Assembly (NCBI GenBank): GCA_020722765.1 | Contig: DYKD01000005.1 | Location: 6,327 to 70,326, forward strand | Reading direction: 5' to 3' | DNA: 64,000 bases | From: Brevinema andersonii | Lineage (GTDB): Bacteria; Spirochaetota; DYKD01 | Part shown: positions 57,912-64,000 of the stretch, one piece after another | Layout of the letters: the number at the start of each line of letters is the position of its first letter | Position numbering within the stretch: position 1 is the first letter of the stretch | Translations under genes and position numbers: made by a program | The notes under the pieces: generated by a model | Told to the model about the DNA's origin: nothing | What the model saw: the letters and a program-made list of their open reading frames with translations, nothing else | Databases searched by the model: none

Positions 57912-58664
57912 ATGAATATTCTTCTTACAAACGATGATGGCATAGAAAGTTCCTCCTTGCAGCCCCTTGCTGCTAAGTTGCGTAAGTTGGGAAGGGTGAT
58001 GATTGTTGTTCCGGATCAGGAACGTAGTGGTGCAAGCCATTCTATCACCCTTTCAAAACCGTTGCGGTTGGTTCCAATAAAAAAAGATGTTTATACTCTG
58101 GATGGGACTCCCACAGACTGTGTTGAAGTTGTCCTTCAGGGTGGATTGGGAAAAATAAGGATCAACCTTGTCGTGTCCGGTATCAACAGAGGACCTAACC
58201 TTTGTGAAGATGTCTTCTATTCCGGAACTGTAGCAGCTGCACGTGAGGGAGCATTGTTCGGTATCCCTTCCCTTGCAGTCTCATTGGATTCTTTTGCTGG
58301 AAAACCTGATTATCGTTTTGGCATAAGCTTTGTTACAAAGTTTATTGCTGAAAACAGTTTTTATCCAGGTCAGCTTCTCAACATAAATATTCCGGATCTT
58401 CCTGCTGAAAAAATCAAGGGTGTTGCCATGACTCGTCTTGGTTGGCGGAGGTACAAGGATGTCCTTTACAGGAGGAAAGACCCTTGGGGAAATCCATATT
58501 TCTGGATGCAAGGGAAGGGAATCACATACAGCAGGAATAATGGTGATGATTGTGCTGAAGTCAAGAAAGGCTATGTGAGCATAACTCCCCTCGGTCTTGA
58601 TCTTACAAACTTGACTGATCTGGAAATCCTTGGAAAGAAGCTTAAAGGGGTGACACATGGCTGA
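57912..58664 (+). CDS. surE: 5'/3'-nucleotidase SurE
   Basis: 'MNILLTNDDGIES...' N-terminus and 'GINRGPNLCEDVFYSGTVAAAREG' motif. Confidence 0.85.
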   Translation: MNILLTNDDGIESSSLQPLAAKLRKLGRVMIVVPDQERSGASHSITLSKPLRLVPIKKDVYTLDGTPTDCVEVVLQGGLGKIRINLVVSGINRGPNLCEDVFYSGTVAAAREGALFGIPSLAVSLDSFAGKPDYRFGISFVTKFIAENSFYPGQLLNINIPDLPAEKIKGVAMTRLGWRRYKDVLYRRKDPWGNPYFWMQGKGITYSRNNGDDCAEVKKGYVSITPLGLDLTNLTDLEILGKKLKGVTHG

Positions 58665-59370
58665 AAACGCGCTTTTAAAAAATGGGATCATGGCTTACAA
58701 TGACAAGCGTTACAAGGATGCGCTGAAATATTTCAAAAAGTACCACGATAGTGCCAAGGATGGAAAAGCCGCGGATTATCATTTTTTTGCCGGGCTGGTC
58801 TATATTAGGATGGGTGATCTGGATAGTGCTGTGGATCATCTACGAAAACTGGTGAAGGTCAAATTGCCAGTGTCTGAAGCGTTGCGTCTGCGTATGCTGT
58901 TAGGATATGTATATTCTTTGAAAGAGAATTTCAAACTTGCAAAAGAGATATTCCAGTCTGTCTTGAAAATTGAGCCTGAACATGTTCAGGCTCTGGCAGC
59001 CCTTGGATTCGTCTTATACAAACAGGGCAATGTGAAGGATTCCGTCAAGCACCTGAAAAAAGCCGTAAAAGCTGACGAGAAAAATCCGAATGCGCATAAC
59101 TCCCTTGGATATATCTATGCTACTGCTGAAGACAAGTTTGATCTCGCTTTGAAGGAATGCGAGACAGCCCTGACCCTTAAGCCGGACTATCCTGCTTATT
59201 TGGATTCCATGGGTTGGACTTATTACAGGATGGGAAACCTCCCGCTTGCGAAAAAATTCCTTACTGAGGCCCTGGACAAGCTTCCTGACAGTGACGAAAT
59301 CAGGGATCATTTCCGGGAAGTCGTGGTAAAGGAACTTGCGCAAAAGAAACACAAGGACAGGATCGACTAA
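58657..59370 (+). CDS. TPR-repeat protein
   Basis: Multiple 34-aa TPR-like repeats (W-LG-Y-A-F-A-P pattern). Overlaps surE end. Confidence 0.6.
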   Translation: MAENALLKNGIMAYNDKRYKDALKYFKKYHDSAKDGKAADYHFFAGLVYIRMGDLDSAVDHLRKLVKVKLPVSEALRLRMLLGYVYSLKENFKLAKEIFQSVLKIEPEHVQALAALGFVLYKQGNVKDSVKHLKKAVKADEKNPNAHNSLGYIYATAEDKFDLALKECETALTLKPDYPAYLDSMGWTYYRMGNLPLAKKFLTEALDKLPDSDEIRDHFREVVVKELAQKKHKDRID

Positions 59371-59443
59371 ACTTGCGGTCCTTGGGTTTTTTACAGTTTG
59401 ACTTCTCATCATTTTTTATTATATTAAAGCACGTTATCAACAC

Positions 59444-59517
59444 GGTGAATGTAGCTCAGTTGGTAGAGCTCCAGATTGTGGTTCTGGCTGTCGCGGGTTC
59501 GACCCCCGTCATTCACC
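59444..59517 (+). tRNA. tRNA-His (anticodon GTG) with genome-encoded G-1; no encoded CCA
   Basis: Hand-folded cloverleaf: acceptor GTGAATG/CATTCAC, D-arm GCTC-AGTTGGTA-GAGC, anticodon arm CCAGA-TTGTGGT-TCTGG (GTG at 34-36), T-arm GCGGG-TTCGACC-CCCGT, discriminator C73 pairing with G-1 (59444). Confidence 0.85.
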
Positions 59518-59594
59518 CATTTCCAATGTATTCTTCACTTCATAAAAATTTCATCCCTTAGATGTTCTTTACGTAACGAGGTTTTTACTGTGCA

Positions 59595-60557
59595 ATGAAC
59601 CGTTTTATCGTGGTTTTGACATTCTGCGCTTTCACCCTGGTCTTGCCCCATGTCATTCATGCGGAAACCAATGGTAAGCCTGTAGTCACTGTAAAAGTGG
59701 ACAAAAAGGAGATGGTCATAGGAGATCATCTTAAGTATGATGTCAATGTTCTTTCTCCTGCTGACTTGGCTGTTGTCTTTCCTGCATTGGAAGAGAAACT
59801 AGGGCATTTTGACATTCTCTCAAGATCCCGTGTTCAGAAAAAAGTGAATTTTGGGAAACAGCAGCGCATCTCACTCAATCTTGTGATTAGTGTATATGAC
59901 CGTGGCGAATATACGTTGCCGGCTTTTCCTGTCATGTATATTGACAAGTCCGGTACAACAAATGTGGCTGTCTCGGAAGCTGTCAAAGTGAAAGTGAACG
60001 GTGTCTTGAGTGGACGCATCTCTCCAAAATTGCGGGATGTAAAGCAACAGGAAAGGCTGGCAGACCCGTTTTTGTGGCTTAAGATACTTCTTCTTTTACT
60101 CCTTGCAGCAGGAGGATATCTCCTTTACAGGTTTAGGGACCATTTTTTCAAAAAGAAACTTCTTCCTGTTATTGCAAAACTTGAACCTGAACTTCCTCCA
60201 GACATTGAAGCCTTGAACAGGTTGAACGATGTTGTCCAAAGAGATGTCCTAGGGCAGTCCGGTTTGAAGGAATATTACAGCATCATCAATGAGATCATAC
60301 GTCATTATCTGCACCGTGTCTATGGACTGGTAACTCTGGAACGCACGACTGATGAGATCGTTTCAGATATGAGACGATTGGCTCTCTCTTCATCCTTACA
60401 TGATGTGATTGCGGATTTCCTCATGGATAGCGATTTGGTCAAGTTTGCAAAGAGTGTCCCTTCAAAGAATGAAATCAATGGTTTTCTGGAAATTGCTTTT
60501 TCCATTATTGAACAGACAAAGCCAAAAGTGGTCCAGCCAGCAGGAGAAGAAGCATGA
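59595..60557 (+). CDS. hypothetical secreted/membrane protein, first gene of the Bat (aerotolerance) operon
   Basis: Signal peptide and an internal TM segment (WLKILLLLLLAAGGYLLY). Stop overlaps batA start (ATGA). Confidence 0.5.
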   Translation: MNRFIVVLTFCAFTLVLPHVIHAETNGKPVVTVKVDKKEMVIGDHLKYDVNVLSPADLAVVFPALEEKLGHFDILSRSRVQKKVNFGKQQRISLNLVISVYDRGEYTLPAFPVMYIDKSGTTNVAVSEAVKVKVNGVLSGRISPKLRDVKQQERLADPFLWLKILLLLLLAAGGYLLYRFRDHFFKKKLLPVIAKLEPELPPDIEALNRLNDVVQRDVLGQSGLKEYYSIINEIIRHYLHRVYGLVTLERTTDEIVSDMRRLALSSSLHDVIADFLMDSDLVKFAKSVPSKNEINGFLEIAFSIIEQTKPKVVQPAGEEA

Positions 60558-61558
60558 GATTTGTCTATCCCTGGGTTCTTCTTCTCCTTGTAACGCTTGT
60601 TCCTTTTTTTATATGGTACTATTTTTTTTCTAAGATAAAAAGGGAGTCTTTCATAAGATATACGCGCGTCAAGGATCTGGGAAAAAAAGGACGCAAGAAG
60701 AAATGGAAAATCCTTGATCTACTCCCTAAAATTCCTGATATCTTGAAAGTTCTGGCTCTTGTATTCGTCATTATTGCGCTTGCCCGTCCTCAGTTGGGAC
60801 AACGCTATATTGACAGATATGCAGAGGGATATGATATCATCCTTACGTTGGATTGTTCCCAGTCAATGGCTGCTCAGGATTTCAAACCGAATAACAGGCT
60901 TACTGTTTCAAAGAATGTCATCTCCAAATTCATCAAGGGAAGGAAAGAGGACCGTATAGGGCTTGTCCTTTTTGGAAGTGAAAGCTATGCGCAGGTTCCT
61001 CTCACTCTTGATTATAACATGCTCCAACAGGCTCTTAAGAATGTCAGATTTGGTATTGTCGATGGCTCTTCCACTGCTATTGGAATGGGGATTGTCAACT
61101 CCGTTAACAGGTTGCGTCATTCAAAAGCAAAGAACAAGCTTGTTGTCCTGCTTACGGATGGTGTCAATAATGCTGGTGCTGTGGATCCCCTCACTGCGGC
61201 TCGTATAGCCCAGGCTCTTGACATTAAGATATATACCATCGGTGTGGGAAGCAAGGGAAAAGCTTATATTGAAATGGATACACCACAAGGAAGACAATCC
61301 GGTTACATTGATACGGATATTGATGAAGCGTCTCTTACTGAAGTGGCTCTCATCACAGGTGGCCAGTATTTCAGGGCTTTCAATCCCTCAGCTTTGGAAG
61401 AGATTTATGCGCGTATCGATAAGCTGGAAAAGACCAAATTCAAGGTTCGTGAATATGTAAATTACAACGATATTTTCTCGCCCTATGTATGGATCGCTCT
61501 CCTGCTTCTGTTGTCCGCTCTCCTTGTCAGGGATTTCCTGCTTAGGAGGATCCCATGA
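60554..61558 (+). CDS. batA: von Willebrand factor A domain membrane protein BatA
   Basis: N-terminal TM, 'ALARPQ' motif, vWA MIDAS 'DCSQSM' and a C-terminal TM. Canonical BatA layout. Confidence 0.75.
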   Translation: MRFVYPWVLLLLVTLVPFFIWYYFFSKIKRESFIRYTRVKDLGKKGRKKKWKILDLLPKIPDILKVLALVFVIIALARPQLGQRYIDRYAEGYDIILTLDCSQSMAAQDFKPNNRLTVSKNVISKFIKGRKEDRIGLVLFGSESYAQVPLTLDYNMLQQALKNVRFGIVDGSSTAIGMGIVNSVNRLRHSKAKNKLVVLLTDGVNNAGAVDPLTAARIAQALDIKIYTIGVGSKGKAYIEMDTPQGRQSGYIDTDIDEASLTEVALITGGQYFRAFNPSALEEIYARIDKLEKTKFKVREYVNYNDIFSPYVWIALLLLLSALLVRDFLLRRIP

Positions 61559-62619
61559 TTTATTTTGCTGATAAGGCTTTCCTTTATGCCATTCCTCTCA
61601 TTCTTGTAGGTCTTGTTTTTCTGCTTTTTTTGATTTTCAAAGGACGTAAGAAGCGTATTCTACAGTTCATGGAACCACGCTTCATTGAACATCTTATAGA
61701 TCAGAATACGTTCAAGTTGCAGAAAATCAAGGCCATCCTGCTTGTACTCTTGTTTGCCTTCATGTTTATCGCATTGGCAAGACCGCAGTGGGGTGAGAGA
61801 AAACAGAATGTCCAGTCACGTGGACTTGATATCATTGTAGCCATGGATACATCCACAAGCATGCTTGCTGAGGATCAGAAACCGAACAGGTTGGAATGTG
61901 CCAAACATGCTCTTTCTTCATTCATTGATCTTCTAAGAGGTGATCGGATCGGTGTGCTTACTTTTGCAGGGACCAGTTTCCTGAACTGTCCGCTTACACT
62001 CGATTATGACGCTGCAAAAATGTATCTTGATATCATAGATGAATTTTCAATACCGATCCAGGGAACTGAGTTGGGTGATGCCATCCGTCGCAGTATTGTC
62101 GCATTCGAGTCAGGAGAGGACAAGTATAAGGTTCTTGTTTTGATCACGGATGGCGAAAACCATGGAAAGGATGTTTTTGAAGCTGCGAAAGAAGCCAAGA
62201 AAAACGGCATCATCATTTATACTGTCGGTATCGGATCTGATGCTGGTGAACCAATCCCTTTGAGGGATGAAAACGGGATTATAAAAGGTTACAAGAAAGA
62301 TCGAAGCGGAAAAGTCGTCACAACCCGTCTGGATGAAGAGACACTTATCAAAATTGCGACTTTGACGGGTGGAAAATACTATCATGCTACAGACAGTGAA
62401 AAAGAACTGGTCCTCATTTATGAGGATCTCCAAAAAATGGAGAAAAAGGACTTAAAGGCTTCCTTGCTGAACAGATATGAAGACAGGTTTATCTGGTTCC
62501 TTTTTCCCGCATTCCTACTTCTTGTACTGGAAATGTTCCTTCCTGAAGTCACATGGAGTTTCAGATTCCAATTGCCTGAAGGTCTTGTTCGGATCTTCAG
62601 GAAAAAGGGGAAAACATGA
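61555..62619 (+). CDS. batB: vWA domain membrane protein BatB
   Basis: 'ALARPQWG', MIDAS 'DTSTSM', two TM anchors. Overlaps batA. Confidence 0.75.
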   Translation: MIYFADKAFLYAIPLILVGLVFLLFLIFKGRKKRILQFMEPRFIEHLIDQNTFKLQKIKAILLVLLFAFMFIALARPQWGERKQNVQSRGLDIIVAMDTSTSMLAEDQKPNRLECAKHALSSFIDLLRGDRIGVLTFAGTSFLNCPLTLDYDAAKMYLDIIDEFSIPIQGTELGDAIRRSIVAFESGEDKYKVLVLITDGENHGKDVFEAAKEAKKNGIIIYTVGIGSDAGEPIPLRDENGIIKGYKKDRSGKVVTTRLDEETLIKIATLTGGKYYHATDSEKELVLIYEDLQKMEKKDLKASLLNRYEDRFIWFLFPAFLLLVLEMFLPEVTWSFRFQLPEGLVRIFRKKGKT

Positions 62620-63347
62620 GAGTCTTTTTGATTGCTTTCATATCCTCTCTCTTTTTTGTTTCAGGAGTTTTTGCATCCGCTTATCATGACAATGAAAGGG
62701 GTAACAAGCACTACAAGTCTGGCAAGTATAATGAGGCTCTTTCTGCTTATGGGGATGCGTTATCAAAAAAACCTGAACGCGCTGAAATTATCAACAATCA
62801 GGCGAACAGTCTCCATCACCTGAATGACAATGAGGCTGCCATACTCAAATACCAGGAAGCCTTGAAACATACAAAAAACAGCAAGTTGAAGAGTCGGATT
62901 TTTTATAATATGGGGAATGCTTATGCGAAGTCTGACAGGATGAAAGAGGCTGTCAATTCCTATATGAACGCTCTCAAGTTCAATCCTAATGACCAAGATG
63001 CCAAATACAACCTTGAACTGGCCCGTATCCTCATGCAGACAAATCATCAACAACAACAGCAGCAGAATGGAAAAGGGGATGACAAGGATAAGGATAAGAA
63101 AAAAGGGCAGAAGGATGACGAACAAAAAGATAGTAACGATAGCGACCAGCAGAAGAACGAAGGTAAGGATGGCGATCAGGATGATAAACAAGAACAGCAG
63201 AAAAAACCTAAACCTGGAGAAATGTCCAAAGAAGAAGCTGAAAATGTCCTGAACGCTGTTCTGGATGATGAAAAGAATACACAGCGGAAAGCGAAAATGG
63301 AAGAAGCCAAAAAGTCTGGCAGGAAAAGTGTGGAAAAGGACTGGTAA
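62616..63347 (+). CDS. batC: TPR-repeat protein BatC-like with Q/D/K-rich low-complexity tail
   Basis: Signal/TM segment, then TPR repeats, then poly-Q and 'DKDKDKKKGQKDDEQKD' tail. The antisense 202-aa ORF in the track is an artefact of this low-complexity region. Confidence 0.65.
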   Translation: MRVFLIAFISSLFFVSGVFASAYHDNERGNKHYKSGKYNEALSAYGDALSKKPERAEIINNQANSLHHLNDNEAAILKYQEALKHTKNSKLKSRIFYNMGNAYAKSDRMKEAVNSYMNALKFNPNDQDAKYNLELARILMQTNHQQQQQQNGKGDDKDKDKKKGQKDDEQKDSNDSDQQKNEGKDGDQDDKQEQQKKPKPGEMSKEEAENVLNAVLDDEKNTQRKAKMEEAKKSGRKSVEKDW

Positions 63348-63389
63348 CACGGAATGGAAAAATCGTTTCAATCATATTATCTTAAAGGG

Positions 63390-64000
63390 ATGAAAAAAAC
63401 ACTTGTCACCCTGTTATGGGTCTGTTTGTTCCCATCATTCCTTCTTGCCAATGTCACGGTCACTGCCCAGGTTGACAGGAATGTCGTTGGTGTGGGACAG
63501 ACATTTGTTTATGAGATTACAGTCAGTGGCTCTGCTGATGTGGGCAATCCTGCTGTAAGCCCGCCCGAAGGATTTCAGGTCGTCTCTCAAGGTTTCAGCC
63601 AGCAGATTTCCATGGGATCAGGTGGGACGACTGTATCTAAGACATACAGGTTGACAGTGCAGGTTGGTGCTGAAGGCACTTATTCTTGGCCTCCTGTCAA
63701 GGTTACTCATCAGGGACAGACTTACGAATCTCAACCTGTAGAAATCAAGGTCGTGCCTGCCGCACAGGCCCCCCCCCCACCGCAACAGCAGCAGAGTGCG
63801 CCAGATCCTTTTGGACAAGACCCTTTTGAGGCGCTTATGGGTGGTCGTCGTCAACCACAGCAGATACATGCACGCTATGTGGCAGTTCCAGAAAAAAGGA
63901 GCTGTTATGTCAATGAGGAAGTGCGCGTCACTTACAAGCTTTATGTGACTGCCAATGTTGCGTTGGGGCAGCTCGCTCCACCAACGGAACTTGCGGGATT
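63390..64000 (+). CDS. batD: BatD-like protein (3'-partial, continues beyond window)
   Basis: Signal peptide 'MKKTLVTLLWVCLFPSFLLA'. 'VTAQVDRN.V.VGQ.F.Y.I.V' BatD-type N-terminal domain. Pro/Gln-rich linker. No stop before window end. Confidence 0.6.
   Translation, partial: MKKTLVTLLWVCLFPSFLLANVTVTAQVDRNVVGVGQTFVYEITVSGSADVGNPAVSPPEGFQVVSQGFSQQISMGSGGTTVSKTYRLTVQVGAEGTYSWPPVKVTHQGQTYESQPVEIKVVPAAQAPPPPQQQQSAPDPFGQDPFEALMGGRRQPQQIHARYVAVPEKRSCYVNEEVRVTYKLYVTANVALGQLAPPTELAG

Noticed and set aside
59371-59392. T-run after the TPR gene as a terminator
   Set aside because: No convincing GC stem precedes the T6 run; only a 6-nt self-palindrome CCTTGG.
59444-60557. tRNA-His as the attachment site of an integrated element
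   Set aside because: No integrase, direct repeat of the tRNA 3' end, or phage/ICE genes downstream. It is followed by the conserved Bat operon.
62763-63371. 202-aa minus-strand ORF
   Set aside because: Antisense to the polyQ/D/K low-complexity tail of BatC. A compositional artefact.
1-64000. CRISPR arrays, IS elements, transposases, integrases
   Set aside because: Looked for short regularly spaced direct repeats and for DDE or tyrosine-recombinase-like ORFs on both strands. None found. The only repeats are the intragenic 81-bp and 930-bp protein-coding repeats.

Overview
This 64 kb window comes from a moderate-GC bacterium whose genes are almost all co-oriented on the + strand. Type IX secretion system (T9SS) type-A C-terminal sorting domains, a BatA-D aerotolerance operon and AraR-type regulators suggest a Fibrobacteres-Chlorobi-Bacteroidetes (FCB)-superphylum-like organism; this is inference only.

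Layout:
- 0-13.9 kb is housekeeping: the 3' end of an RlmI-like rRNA methyltransferase, an RRM RNA-binding protein with its terminator, an MFS transporter, a PAS-PP2C phosphatase convergent with a PAS-HD-GYP protein, a tightly coupled argS-xseA-hypothetical-ribD-ribE-dus block, and a larE-larB pair.
- 13.9-53.7 kb is an accessory glycan-degradation / T9SS-cargo island of about 40 kb. Gene remnants bracket it: a GH42 N-terminal fragment on the left and a GGDEF fragment on the right. Nearly every component occurs as a paralog pair: two AraR-like regulators (next to a VapC/Phd toxin-antitoxin pair and a polysaccharide deacetylase), two clan GH-A (GH39-like) hydrolases with CBM9-like tails, two GH94 phosphorylases, and two beta-helix/DUF11 proteins. 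The island also carries two giant multidomain secreted proteins (GH8 plus CE2-like SGNH cassettes plus Ig-like arrays plus T9SS C-terminal domain (CTD)), and three FadL/PorV/PorQ-like outer-membrane beta-barrels, each encoded immediately downstream of a CTD-bearing cargo gene.
- 53.7-64 kb returns to housekeeping: PPC/DUF296, two-subunit class I fumarase, a secreted MBL-fold protein with a fully degenerate metal site, MscS, a cNMP-binding protein, surE, a TPR protein, tRNA-His and the start of a BatA-D operon.

The observation most worth a second look is the repeated 'T9SS type-A cargo followed by a dedicated PorV/FadL-like OMP' gene pairing, which occurs three times. Other notable points:
- a 969-aa protein that fuses an 81-bp tandem-repeat linker, a CBM-like domain and a C-terminal beta-barrel;
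- a recent 930-bp intragenic tandem duplication in the giant cargo gene;
- an ArgRS whose HIGH motif reads NAVS;
- an uncharacterised 361-aa protein translationally coupled into the argS-xseA-ribD operon.
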